Made by a program: the position numbers and the translations under genes
Part shown: positions 21,200 to 30,729 of the stretch, piece after piece
How positions within the stretch are numbered: position 1 is the first letter of the stretch
How the letters are laid out: every line of letters starts with the position of its first letter
Source: Nitrospira sp.
GTDB lineage: Bacteria > Nitrospirota > Nitrospiria > Nitrospirales > Nitrospiraceae
Assembly: GCA_047150005.1 (NCBI GenBank)
Contig: AP038806.1
Coordinates: forward strand, 3,744,001 to 3,808,000
DNA length: 64,000 nt
Direction of reading: 5' to 3'
The notes under the pieces: generated by a model
Told to the model about the DNA's origin: nothing
Databases searched by the model: none
What the model saw: only the letters and a program-made list of their open reading frames with translations

Positions 21200-22528
21200 T
21201 TAGAGTCCCAGAAACATCGCTTGGAAATCCTCCAACACCTTCACGATCTCGTTGGTGAAGCGCGCGCCGTCGGCTCCATCGATCAGCCGATGGTCATAGG
21301 CCACGCAGAGCGGGAGCATCATGCGCGGCACGAACTGGCCGTCACGATACACCGGCGATCTCTTGCCCTTGCCGACCCCTAAGATTCCGACCTGCGGCGG
21401 GTTGATAATGGGCATGAACGGGCCCGCGCCGAGCCCGCCCATATTGCTGACGGTGAAGGTGGCGCCGCGCAGCTCTTCGAGTTTCACGGTTCGCGCGCGG
21501 GTGCGTTCGGCGAGATCGGCCAGTTCCAGGGAAATTTGCAGGAGATCCTTCTGATCGACATGATGCACGACCGGCACGATCAGCCCGGCCGGTGTCTCCA
21601 CCGCCACGCCGATATTGTAGTACTCCTTATACACGACCTCGCCGCTGGTCAGATCGAGCGTTGCATTGAACATCGGGTAGAGCTTGAGCGCGTGCGTCAC
21701 GGCCTTGAGGAACAGGCTGGTCAGCGTGAGCGTGGCACCCTTCCGTTTGAATTGCGGCGCATAGCGCTTGTGCAGAGTCTGCAGGTCGGTAATGTCGGCC
21801 TCCTGGAACTGATGGACGTGCGGAATCGTCGTCCAGGCCTGCGTCACGTTCGCGGCGATTTTTCTCCGCAGTGACGGGATCGCTTCGCGGCGCTCATTGC
21901 CGTACATTGTGGTGAAGACATTGCCGCCCGCGTCGCGGCCTTCCTTGCCCGACGGCGCGCCGCTTCGCCGCGTCCGTTCGCGCACGTAGGTTTTCACGTC
22001 CTCGGCCGTGATCCGCCCGCCGGCTTCCGACCCTTTCAGCTGCGCGAGGTCCACGCCCAGCTCGCGTGCCAGCCGGCGGACGGAGGGAGGCGCCGCGATC
22101 GCGGCGCCGGGCGATGTCGGGCGATCGGCCTCGTGATCGGCATGCGCCGCTTCAGTCGACGGTCGTTCCTCCATCTTCTTAGGAGACTTGGATGTCGGAG
22201 ATGAGGGAGCAGGGGATGGCGCAGCCTGTTGCGTCTCCCGTGGCTCGGCGGAGGTCGCGCGCGCCGCATCCTTCGCCGGTTGGGGTTGGGGATCAATTTC
22301 CCCTTCCAGTTCGACGAGCGCTTGCCCGACTTTCAGGTGATCGCCCGGACGCACGAGCAGGCGGGCGACTTTCCCGGCGGCCGGCGCCGGCACCGGAACA
22401 GTCGCCTTCTCGGTTTCCAGTTCGATCAGCGATTGTCCCTCGGTCACCTGATCGCCTTCCTTGACCAGCACCTGGACGATGTCGCCGCCTTCGATGCCTT
22501 CCGCAAGAAATGGCAGCTCAACTTTCAT
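21200..22528 (-). CDS. aceF: Dihydrolipoamide acetyltransferase (E2), single lipoyl domain
   Basis: Lipoyl ETEKA; E3-binding PSVRRLARELGVDL; catalytic DHRLIDGADGARF. Confidence 0.92.
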   Translation of the reverse strand: MKVELPFLAEGIEGGDIVQVLVKEGDQVTEGQSLIELETEKATVPVPAPAAGKVARLLVRPGDHLKVGQALVELEGEIDPQPQPAKDAARATSAEPRETQQAAPSPAPSSPTSKSPKKMEERPSTEAAHADHEADRPTSPGAAIAAPPSVRRLARELGVDLAQLKGSEAGGRITAEDVKTYVRERTRRSGAPSGKEGRDAGGNVFTTMYGNERREAIPSLRRKIAANVTQAWTTIPHVHQFQEADITDLQTLHKRYAPQFKRKGATLTLTSLFLKAVTHALKLYPMFNATLDLTSGEVVYKEYYNIGVAVETPAGLIVPVVHHVDQKDLLQISLELADLAERTRARTVKLEELRGATFTVSNMGGLGAGPFMPIINPPQVGILGVGKGKRSPVYRDGQFVPRMMLPLCVAYDHRLIDGADGARFTNEIVKVLEDFQAMFLGL

Positions 22529-22576
22529 GACAGTGCTCTCAGTCTATGCTTTCCCACTTCTCTCAGCACTCAGAAC

Positions 22577-25264
22577 TCATCTTTCCCAGGGCGCCTGCTC
22601 GTCCGTCCCCAGCCCCAGATCCTGCACGGCCCGCCGGACCGTCTCAGCTGCGACCGTTCCGTCCCGTTGATGCAGGGCGTACAACGTCGCGACCACCAGA
22701 TGTTCGGCGTCGATTTCGAAAAACCGGCGCAGCGCCTTTCGCTGGTCGCTCCGCCCGAACCCATCGGTGCCCAGTGCAAGGAGGCCGCCGGTAATCCACG
22801 GCGCGATCTGCTGGCTGACCAAACGAACGTAGTCGCTGACGGCGACACAGGGGCCGTCGAGTCCCTGCACCGTCTTCTGAAGATAACTGACGCGCGGTGG
22901 TTCCTCCGGATGCAACATGTTCCAGCGCTCGGCCTCGAGTGTCCGGACGCGCAACGTCTTGTAACTCGTCACGCTCCACACATCGGCCGCCACGCCGTAG
23001 CGTTGCAGCAACAGGTCTTGCGCCCGCAACGCTTCGTTCACCAGCGGGCCGCTCGCCAGCAGATGCGCCCGATGCTTGGCGCGGTTCGGCGCCGGCCGGA
23101 AACAATACATCCCTTCGCGGATCCCTTCTTCCGCACCGGGCGGCATCGGGGGCATCGGATACGGCTCGTTGTAGAGCGTGATGTAATAGGACAACTCTTC
23201 CTGATGCTGGTACATGCGCGCCATGCCGTCCTGCAGAATGACCGCGAGCTCGAACATGAAGGCCGGATCGTAGGCCGCGATCGTCGGAAACGCGCTCGCC
23301 AGCAGATGACTCTGCCCGTCCTGGTGCTGCAGCCCTTCGCCTTCCAACGTCGTGCGGCCTGCCGTCGCGCCCAGGAGGAAGCCGCGCGTCCGCATGTCGG
23401 AGGCGGCCCAGATCAGATCGCCGACCCGTTGAAAACCGAACATCGAGTAGAAAATGTAGAACGGGATCGTGTTGACCGCATGGGTCGCGTAGGCGGTGCC
23501 CGCGGCAATGTAGGAGCACATCGCGCCGGCTTCAGTGATGCCCTCTTCCAGAATCTGTCCGTTCTTCGCTTCGAAATAATAGAGCAGCGAACTCTTGTCG
23601 ACCGGGTCATAGAGCTGGCCGAGGTGGGAATAGATGCCGTATTGCCGAAACAGCGCTTCGAGGCCGAACGTGCGCGCTTCGTCGGGAATGATCGGCACCA
23701 GATGCTTCCCGAAATCTTTGAGACCGAGCAGACGGCCCAACATGCGGGCAAATCCCATCGTCGTCGAGACAGAACGATCGCCCGATCCCTCGACGAATTC
23801 CTTGAACTGGTCCAGCGACGGGGTCCGGAGGGCTTCGACCTTGACGCGCCGTTCCGGGATCGGCCCGCCCATGGCCTTGCGCCGCTCGACGAGATAGGCC
23901 GCCTCCGGACTGCCAGCCGGAGGCCGGAAGAAGGGCGTGGACTCCAGTTGCTCGTCCGACACCGGGACGCTGAAGCGCGTGCGGAACTCGCGCAACTCCT
24001 GCTCGTTCATCTTTTTCTGCTGATGGGTGACGTTGCGCCCCTCGCCGGCTTCGCCCAGTCCATAGCCTTTGATCGTTTTGGCCAGGATCACGGTGGGTTG
24101 CCCCTTGTGCTCGACCGCAGCTTTGTAGGCGGCGTAGACTTTTTGCGGATCGTGGCCCCCGCGCAGCATCTTGTGAATCTGCTCGTCCGAATAAGTCTCC
24201 ACCATCTTGAGCAGGCGCGGATCGGCGCCGAAGAAGTGTGTCCTCGCGAACGCGCCCCCTTCGACCGTGTACTTCTGATACCAGCCATCGACGACCTCGC
24301 CCATGCGTTTCACCAACAGGCCTTCGTCGTCCTGCGCCAGCAGCGGATCCCAGTGGCGACCCCAGATCACCTTGATGACATTCCAGCCGGCGCCGCGGAA
24401 GGTGGCTTCCAACTCTTGAATGATTTTCCCGTTGCCGCGCACCGGCCCGTCGAGACGCTGAAGATTGCAGTTGACGACCCAGGTCAGATTGTCCAGGTGC
24501 TCCCGGGAGGCCAGCGTCAGCGCGCCGAGACTTTCCGGCTCATCGGTTTCGCCGTCGCCGACGAAGGCCCACACACGTTGTCGGCTCGTGTCCTTGAGAC
24601 TCCGGTCCTGGAGATACCGGTTGAAGCGCGCCTGATAGATCGACATGATGGGCCCCAGTCCCATCGAGACCGTGGGAAATTCCCAATAATCGGGGAGGAG
24701 CCACGGATGGGGATAGGACGACAGGCCCTGTTCGCCGCCGCTCAGCTCGCGACGGAAGCGATGCAGCGCCTCTTCCGGGAAGCGGCCCTCGACAAACGCG
24801 CGGGCGTAGTTGCCCGGCGCGGCATGGCCCTGAAAATACACCTGGTCGCCTCCGCCCGGCGCGTCCTTCCCGTGTAGAAAGTGGTTGTAGGCTACTTCGT
24901 AGAGGGTGGCCGTCGACGCAAAGGTCGAGATATGCCCGCCGATGCCGGAGTGCTGCTTGTTGGCCTTCACAACCATAGCCATGGCGTTCCAGCGGATGAA
25001 ACTCCGGATCCGTCGTTCGATTTCCAGATTACCGGGATAGGGCGGTTCGTTGGCAGCCGGGATCGTATTGATGTAGGGTGTGTTGAGTGGGGCCGAGACC
25101 CGTGCGCCGCCGGCACCGAGACGGTCGCGGAGCCGTTCGAAGAGGTAGGTCGCGCGCTCCGGGCCGTGCTGCTCCAGCACGTACTCCAGTGAATCCAGCC
25201 ACTCGCGGGTTTCCTCCGGATCGGTATCGGTCTGCGGCGGAGGTGTGCGCTCGTCATTGCTCAT
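22577..25264 (-). CDS. aceE: Pyruvate dehydrogenase E1, homodimeric type
   Basis: DPEETREWLDSL, GGHISTFAS, GDGETDEPES TPP motif, NCNLQRLDGPVRGNGKIIQELE. Confidence 0.96.
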   Translation of the reverse strand: MSNDERTPPPQTDTDPEETREWLDSLEYVLEQHGPERATYLFERLRDRLGAGGARVSAPLNTPYINTIPAANEPPYPGNLEIERRIRSFIRWNAMAMVVKANKQHSGIGGHISTFASTATLYEVAYNHFLHGKDAPGGGDQVYFQGHAAPGNYARAFVEGRFPEEALHRFRRELSGGEQGLSSYPHPWLLPDYWEFPTVSMGLGPIMSIYQARFNRYLQDRSLKDTSRQRVWAFVGDGETDEPESLGALTLASREHLDNLTWVVNCNLQRLDGPVRGNGKIIQELEATFRGAGWNVIKVIWGRHWDPLLAQDDEGLLVKRMGEVVDGWYQKYTVEGGAFARTHFFGADPRLLKMVETYSDEQIHKMLRGGHDPQKVYAAYKAAVEHKGQPTVILAKTIKGYGLGEAGEGRNVTHQQKKMNEQELREFRTRFSVPVSDEQLESTPFFRPPAGSPEAAYLVERRKAMGGPIPERRVKVEALRTPSLDQFKEFVEGSGDRSVSTTMGFARMLGRLLGLKDFGKHLVPIIPDEARTFGLEALFRQYGIYSHLGQLYDPVDKSSLLYYFEAKNGQILEEGITEAGAMCSYIAAGTAYATHAVNTIPFYIFYSMFGFQRVGDLIWAASDMRTRGFLLGATAGRTTLEGEGLQHQDGQSHLLASAFPTIAAYDPAFMFELAVILQDGMARMYQHQEELSYYITLYNEPYPMPPMPPGAEEGIREGMYCFRPAPNRAKHRAHLLASGPLVNEALRAQDLLLQRYGVAADVWSVTSYKTLRVRTLEAERWNMLHPEEPPRVSYLQKTVQGLDGPCVAVSDYVRLVSQQIAPWITGGLLALGTDGFGRSDQRKALRRFFEIDAEHLVVATLYALHQRDGTVAAETVRRAVQDLGLGTDEQAPWER

Positions 25265-25542
25265 GCCGTGGCCCTCGATGGTTCAGCGTCATCTTACAGA
25301 GATGGCGGGCGGAGCGCAAAAGTTAACTCGATGGGATGCCCACACGCTTCAATGCCTCAGGATACGTTTGCGGGTCCTGTCGCGTCGAACAGCCCTACCG
25401 TGCTCACAAGACCCGGCCGCCTCACCGCCTCGGCGGCGCGCACAAACGCGATGCTCCTTCTTCGTCGCATCGTGCGCCCCATCCCCCAGTGGGGCCCTTC
25501 CGTTTTCCAAGCTTTTGCATTTTCCCTATCCGGTCCCCATCT

Positions 25543-25619
25543 TAACTCGAAACTCGCAATCCGAAACTCAGCACTCAGCACTTCCCAGGAGCACCCAGCA
25601 CTCAGGACCCAGCACTTCC
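25543..25619 (+). repeat. Composite heptamer spacer (CGAAACT-type then CAGCACT-type)
   Basis: aactcgaaactcgcaatccgaaactcagcactcagcacttcccaggagcacccagcactcaggacccagcacttcc. Confidence 0.85.
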
Positions 25620-25623
25620 GAGA

Positions 25624-25656
25624 GTGACCTTCCCTGTCACAGTCCTCCATTAGGCT
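25624..25656 (+). promoter_or_regulatory. Candidate WYL-activated promoter 2: GTGAC-N7-GTCAC-N10-TAGGCT
   Basis: 27 bp identical to site 1 (gagtgaccttccctgtcacagtcctcc). Confidence 0.7.
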
Positions 25657-25692
25657 GACCGCTATAGGCCAACCACATTCATGGAGGATCTC

Positions 25693-26310
25693 ATGAACCA
25701 TCAACAGAACGGCCAAGCGAACGGCACACCTCAGCCGCTCTACGTCACGCTCATTCTGGACGAGACCGGCTCGATGCAGTCGTGCAAGGGTTCAGCCATT
25801 GCGGGCTTCAACCAATACCTCGCCTCACTCAAAAAGGAACCGGCAGAAACCCGGTTCACGCTCACGCTCTTCAATTCGAAGAAGACGGAAGTCCGCTATA
25901 ACGCCGTACCGGTGGGGCAGGTGAGCGACCTCGACGTGGAGACCTATCGTCCCGACGAAACCACGCCGCTCTACGACGCGATCGGCCGGACGTTGTCCAT
26001 CGCCAAGCAGGAAGCGCCGAACGACGCGAAGAAACTCTGCGTCATTCTCACGGACGGGCTGGAGAACGCCTCGCGGGAATATACCCGCCTGCAGATCTTC
26101 GGCATGATCAAGTTATTCGAGCAGGACGGCTGGAAGTTCCTGTACCTCGGCGCCGATCACGACGTGTGGGCGGCAGGGGAATCACTCGGCATTCCGGACG
26201 ACGGTCGAGTGTCCTTCTGCAAGCGTGAAGTAGAAGACACGTTTCAAAGTTTGTCCGAGGCCACCTTCCTCTACCGCCGAAGCGACGAGACCAAGCAGAG
26301 GCCATCATGA
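25693..26310 (+). CDS. von Willebrand factor A (VWA) domain protein
   Basis: MIDAS motif ILDETGSM, TPLYDAIG, ILTDGLENAS; GGAGG RBS before ATG 25693 (alternative start 25681). Confidence 0.88.
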   Translation: MNHQQNGQANGTPQPLYVTLILDETGSMQSCKGSAIAGFNQYLASLKKEPAETRFTLTLFNSKKTEVRYNAVPVGQVSDLDVETYRPDETTPLYDAIGRTLSIAKQEAPNDAKKLCVILTDGLENASREYTRLQIFGMIKLFEQDGWKFLYLGADHDVWAAGESLGIPDDGRVSFCKREVEDTFQSLSEATFLYRRSDETKQRPS

Positions 26311-26317
26311 GGCTGGC

Positions 26318-26443
26318 CATCCGGCGAATATCTACGCGCCGGACAACCCGCTCAACCCGGCCAACCGGTATCACCCGGAGAACCCGTTGAATCCAGCCAA
26401 CCACTACAATCCCAGCACGCCCTTCGCGCCGCTTGGCAGATGA
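26318..26443 (+). pseudogene. Orphan C-terminal fragment of an Asn/Pro repeat protein
   Basis: Frame reads HPANIYAPDNPLNPANRYHPENPLNPANHYNPSTPFAPLGR* (12-aa repeat) with no nearby start. Confidence 0.55.
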
Positions 26444-26504
26444 GAAGGAAGTTGAAATGGAGGGTCAGACGGATCGGAGGCTATTGTAGAAGAAATCCAG
26501 GATG

Positions 26505-27422
26505 CTACTCGAGACGGCGAACGCGTTGTTCAAGGCGTTCAACTCGGTCCTGCAGTTGACTGTGAGATAGCTGGATGACGGCACGTGTTTCTCTGAACTG
26601 CTCATCCATATGAGCACGTTCCTCAGCATGCCGCTGACTCAGATGCAGTTGAAACCCTTCGGCGACCAGTTGAAGCTCATGCCTGAGCCCTTCCGTGAGA
26701 ACGCCCGTATGACGTCTCGCATCGGCGATATCATCTCGAAGCGATGCAGTCGCCTGTTGAAGCTCTCCCCGGAGGCCTCCAGTGAGATCCTCCGCATGGT
26801 GCCGCGCATCCGCAATATCGGCCCGCAGCGAGTCGGCAACCACGTGGAGTTCTTCCCTGAGGACACCTGTGCCTCGCCTGGCATCCGCAATATCGGCCCG
26901 CAGTTCTAGCCTCAGTTCGTTTGATAGAGTCTCGCTATGACGCCAAGCCTCGGCGATATCCGCCTTTAACTCTTGCCGGAGTTCATTGGACAGGACCTCA
27001 CTGTGCTGCCGAGCCTCGGCGATATCCGCCTTTAACTCTTGCCGGAGTTCATTGGACAGGACCTCACTGTGCTGCCGAGCCTCGGCGATATCGGCCCGCA
27101 ACTCCTGCCTCAATTCGTTTGAAAGAGTCTCGCTATGGCGCCGAGCCTCAGCGATGTCAGCGCCCAATTCCTGCTTGAGCCCATTGGACAGGACCTCACT
27201 GTGCTGCCGAGCCTCGGCGATGTCCGCTCGCAACTCCTGCCTCAATTCGTTTGAAACAGTCTCGCTATGGCGCCGAGCCTCGGCGATATCCGCCTTCAAC
27301 TCTTGCCGGAGTTCATTGGACAGAACCTCACTGTGCTGCCGAGCATCAGCGATATCGGCCCGCAGCGCCTCGGTCGCCGCGCCGATGATTCCTTGAATTT
27401 GTGTCAGCGATTCCTGGTCCAT
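26505..27422 (-). CDS. Modular coiled-coil repeat protein (paralog 1)
   Basis: Seven tandem 22-aa (66-bp) xADIAEARxHSExLSNELRQEL repeats plus 25- and 29-aa variants. Confidence 0.85.
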   Translation of the reverse strand: MDQESLTQIQGIIGAATEALRADIADARQHSEVLSNELRQELKADIAEARRHSETVSNELRQELRADIAEARQHSEVLSNGLKQELGADIAEARRHSETLSNELRQELRADIAEARQHSEVLSNELRQELKADIAEARQHSEVLSNELRQELKADIAEAWRHSETLSNELRLELRADIADARRGTGVLREELHVVADSLRADIADARHHAEDLTGGLRGELQQATASLRDDIADARRHTGVLTEGLRHELQLVAEGFQLHLSQRHAEERAHMDEQFRETRAVIQLSHSQLQDRVERLEQRVRRLE

Positions 27423-27683
27423 CTGGTCTGCCTCAAGACGCACGAAGTGTAGGCCTCGGCACTTGCGAAGTCAACGTCCGCAACGTCGAAAAGCTGCGCT
27501 GTCACAGTCGAAATACAATCATTTCAGTCGGCAGGGGACTGGCTCCCAGCAATCTAAAAAGCCAAATTCCAAAACTCAAATCACAAAGCTGAAACCAAAG
27601 GTGGGGGACTGGCCTCGATGCAGTCGGTGTCTTGTATCTTTCCTACAGCCTGGTCAATTCACTCGAACGTCCCGTTCTTCTCC

Positions 27684-27709
27684 GTCATTCCCGCGAAAGC
27701 GGGAATGAC
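27684..27709. repeat. REP-like perfect hairpin GTCATTCCCGC-GAAA-GCGGGAATGAC
   Basis: 11-bp stem with GAAA loop; related copies at 46855, 53411, 61861 and at the IS30 targets. Confidence 0.85.
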
Positions 27710-27838
27710 CCGATCACCCGAACTCCAGACCTTACTGCCCTGGCTGGGCCGACGCCTTCCGTAACAACCGCCAAGTCACAAATCTGAAATCATAGGATGG
27801 ACAGGGGGCTGCATCAACACGCTATCTTCGAACCGCGC

Positions 27839-28669
27839 CTAGCCTGCGTACTGCCGAGCGAACCTCGTGAGTTCCTGATTGAATCGCTCCGAATCTTCCA
27901 GCTGCGGGCTATGTCCAATTCCCTCAAACACCGATGATTCGGCATGGGGAATACAGGTCAAGAGATGCTTCGTATGAGCGGGCGTGATGACGGCATCCTT
28001 CTCTCCTGCCGTGACCAGGACGGGGACCTTGATTCCCTTCATGACCGTATCGCGGTCGATGGTGCGCGAGATCATCCCCAGACGTGCCGTCGGCGGCACT
28101 ACCATACTGCAGGCAATCAAGATTTCAAAAGCCTCCTGCGGCGGTTGTTTTGCAAAAAGGATTCGTACGAGCTTGCATACCGCTTCGATGTTGTCTTCGA
28201 GATCGACGGAACACATACCAGGCACGACGTTGATGAACTCGCTACCGAGCATAGTTCTTGCGCTCTCTCCACCCATGACCACAGCAGCACAGACGTAATT
28301 GATGCCGCCGATCGCGCCCTCTCCATACTTCGCGAGATAATCATTGATGATATACCCACCATACGACCAGCCCACGAGAAGCGGCTTGCGCAGCAAAAGC
28401 GTGGTGAGGACGGCGTGGATATCGTCGGCCCAAAGGGTTGGTTGGTTGTACAGTTCGGATGCCGTCGGCTTGTCCGACATGCCATGACCGCGAAGATCAA
28501 GGCACACGAGCCGAAACTCTCCAGCCAGAGAGCTTTGGTATTGTTTGAGCCAGGCGAGCGAACATTGGTTGATGCCGGGAATCAGGAGGATCGGCTTGCC
28601 ATTAGACAGGCCGAATTCGTGCACAGCCAATCGGAGTCCACCACCTCCAGTGATGTGTTGTATGGGCAT
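27839..28669 (-). CDS. Alpha/beta hydrolase (non-haem haloperoxidase/arylesterase-like)
   Basis: DLRGHGMS, nucleophile elbow GWSYGG, GEKDAVI, GHSP. Confidence 0.9.
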   Translation of the reverse strand: MPIQHITGGGGLRLAVHEFGLSNGKPILLIPGINQCSLAWLKQYQSSLAGEFRLVCLDLRGHGMSDKPTASELYNQPTLWADDIHAVLTTLLLRKPLLVGWSYGGYIINDYLAKYGEGAIGGINYVCAAVVMGGESARTMLGSEFINVVPGMCSVDLEDNIEAVCKLVRILFAKQPPQEAFEILIACSMVVPPTARLGMISRTIDRDTVMKGIKVPVLVTAGEKDAVITPAHTKHLLTCIPHAESSVFEGIGHSPQLEDSERFNQELTRFARQYAG

Positions 28670-28725
28670 CGGTGTCGAGCCATCAATTGACGAGTGCGGA
28701 TGCTATGCCACGCCTTATGTTGTGT

Positions 28726-28791
28726 CAAATTCCAAAATCAGAAATTCGAAGCTACAAATCCGAAACCCTAAGATGGAAAACCCAAATACCA
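28726..28791 (+). repeat. A-rich heptamer spacer with AAGATGGAAAACCCAAATACCA core
   Basis: Core repeated at about 29423-29444 and 34152-34174. Confidence 0.75.
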
Positions 28792-28881
28792 CTTCCCACA
28801 TCGCCGTCAATGCCAGAAGATGATCAGAATCGGACGGGGAACTACTAACCGAACAAAGGACGTCGGGATTGAGAAGGAGGA

Positions 28882-29094
28882 TTAAAGAAGGCTCTTCAAT
28901 TGTTCAATCGAGATGTCGGCGGCGTCGAGGATATGTCGGAGCGTACCGGGCTTGATCGTATGATGGCGCGGAATGATCACCAAATGTTTATCGTCTGTCA
29001 TCGAAATATGTTTGCCCTCACGGAGAACATAAAAACCGACACGCTTCAGGGCTCTCACGATACGCTCATGAGAGACTTGAGGCAATGTGCTCAT
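28882..29094 (-). CDS. hicA: HicA-family toxin
   Basis: 70 aa; ALKRVGF..REGKHISM..IIPRH..IKPGTLRHIL. Confidence 0.85.
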   Translation of the reverse strand: MSTLPQVSHERIVRALKRVGFYVLREGKHISMTDDKHLVIIPRHHTIKPGTLRHILDAADISIEQLKSLL

Positions 29095-29294
29095 ACACTG
29101 ACTTCCACGGTCCTCATTTTTTTTAATCGTTTCAAGTCCTCGATGCTTTCAAGATACGTCTTGATTGCATCCTTGATATTTTCCAGCGCCTCCTCTTCCG
29201 TTTCGCCTTGGGAGACGCAGCCCTGTAGCGTCGGACAGAAAACTACATATCCTCCGACCTCTGGATCTTGTTCAAGCACGATAGGATATTCCAT
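29091..29294 (-). CDS. hicB: Short HicB-family antitoxin (no DNA-binding domain)
   Basis: GGYVVFCPTLQGCVSQGETEEEALENIKDAI; 4-bp overlap with hicA. Confidence 0.88.
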   Translation of the reverse strand: MEYPIVLEQDPEVGGYVVFCPTLQGCVSQGETEEEALENIKDAIKTYLESIEDLKRLKKMRTVEVSV

Positions 29295-29384
29295 GGACAG
29301 CCTCACAGAGCAGGTAGATAGGCGTGATTATATAGGAGCCTGACTCGGAATCATACCGAGTTCATTAAATGCATCCATTTCCCG

Positions 29385-29668
29385 AGCAAATCCGAAATTC
29401 GAAATCAGAAATCCGAAACCAGAAGATGGAAAACCCAAATACCAAAACTCAAATCACACAAATCCCCATAGGGACTGCGCTTCCTGACCTTTCTTAATTC
29501 GAAACTCGAAACTCAGCACCCAGCACTTAGCACTCAGCACTTCCCACTGTGTTGCCCCCTAACTCAGCACCCAGCACTCAGGACCCAGCACTTCCAGGCA
29601 TAACGCTCCTTATTCGTCGCGTCGCGGACCTCAGCACTTCCGCTTCATGACAGGTGGAATCTTGCGGA
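29385..29668 (+). repeat. Composite spacer; about 29525-29668 is the left copy of a direct repeat of about 145 bp
   Basis: Heptamer runs, then TCCCCATAGGG-CTGCGCTTCCTGACCTTT block (also at 36139), then block repeated at 30544-30686. Confidence 0.85.
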
Positions 29669-29725
29669 GAATTGAGGTGTGTAGTACAGTACCGTCGTAC
29701 ACTGTATTTATATGGAGGTGAATGC

Positions 29726-29989
29726 ATGCCACTGACGGTCCGTGTTGATGCCAAGACGGAGCGACTCCTTCAACGACTGGCCCGGAAACGGGGCCGGACC
29801 AAATCGGAAGTGATCCGGGATGCCATCGGCGTACTCGCCAAGCAAGTAGAGACACAGGAAGCGACACAGCGGCCATATGAAAAACTGCGGGATTTAATCG
29901 GCAGTGTGCAAGGCGGGCCGTCTGATCTATCCGGACGAGCAGGGGAGGCGTTTCGCGACATGCTCTCCGCACGCCGTCGTCGGTCCTGA
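29726..29989 (+). CDS. vapB: Ribbon-helix-helix antitoxin (VapB-like)
   Basis: LTVRVD..LQRLARKRGRTKSEVIRDAI; GGAGG RBS; upstream inverted repeat TACAGT-N10-ACTGTA (29685-29706). Confidence 0.85.
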   Translation: MPLTVRVDAKTERLLQRLARKRGRTKSEVIRDAIGVLAKQVETQEATQRPYEKLRDLIGSVQGGPSDLSGRAGEAFRDMLSARRRRS

Positions 29990-29991
29990 CC

Positions 29992-30399
29992 ATGGTGCTG
30001 GTCGACGCAGGTCCGTTGATCGCCTTGATTCACAGAGACGACGAGCATCATGAGCGGTGTGTGGCCATTCTTCGATCCCTTTCTGAACCACTCGGAACTG
30101 TCTGGCCTGCTCTGACGGAAGCCATGTACCTGTTAAGTTTTTCCTGGAAGGCTCAAGAGGCCCTCTGGGAGATGATCGAACGGGAAGTGGTCAAGCTGCT
30201 CTCCCTCGAACACCACGATGTGTCCCGTATGAGGGAATTGATGAAGAAGTATAAGGACCTTCCGATGGATCTGGCCGATGCGGCACTGGTTGCCGTAGCA
30301 GAGCGTGAGAAGGTGAGACGGATTTTTACCCTGGATCGTCGGGATTTTGCAGTCTATCGGCCTGCCCGGCTGGGTCGATTCATTCTCCTCCCTGGTTAA
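29992..30399 (+). CDS. vapC: PIN-domain toxin (VapC)
   Basis: VLVDAGPLIAL, LTEAMYL, MDLADA, FTLDRRDF. Confidence 0.9.
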   Translation: MVLVDAGPLIALIHRDDEHHERCVAILRSLSEPLGTVWPALTEAMYLLSFSWKAQEALWEMIEREVVKLLSLEHHDVSRMRELMKKYKDLPMDLADAALVAVAEREKVRRIFTLDRRDFAVYRPARLGRFILLPG

Positions 30400-30543
30400 C
30401 CTGGCTCATTGTGCACTCGGCGGAGGAAAGCGATCACGAAATAGGGGGAGCACTCTCGCCATCACGCGGGAATTCAAAGACACCATTCTTCGCGACCTCG
30501 TCAACATCGCCGATTCTTCTCTCCGCCAATTCAGCACTCAGGA

Positions 30544-30686
30544 CTTAGCATTCAGCACTTCCCACTGTGTTGCCCCCTAACTCAGCACCGAGCACTCAAC
30601 ACTCAGCACTTCCCAGCGTAACGCTCCTCATTCGTCGCGTCGCGGACCTCAGCACTTCCGCTTCATGACCGGTGGAATCTTGCGGA
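30544..30686 (+). repeat. Right copy of the direct repeat flanking vapBC
   Basis: Near-identical to 29525-29668. Confidence 0.85.
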
Positions 30687-30729
30687 CAACGGAGCGGACT
30701 GATCGAAGGCTATTGTAAAAGAGATCTAG

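Noticed and set aside
22229..24877. 882-aa plus-strand ORF and other long antisense ORFs (e.g. 7727-8878, 43786-45087, 46851-48014, 54320-55699)
   Set aside because: Shadow frames opposite well-supported genes in GC-rich DNA, with no recognisable motifs
26900..27365. CRISPR-like 66-bp periodicity
   Set aside because: Explained by in-frame 22-aa coding repeats
27500..27520. Fifth WYL-type promoter (TGTCAC..TACAAT)
   Set aside because: No upstream GTGAC half-site, spacing is 8 nt, and the paralogous region near 32720 lacks TGTCAC
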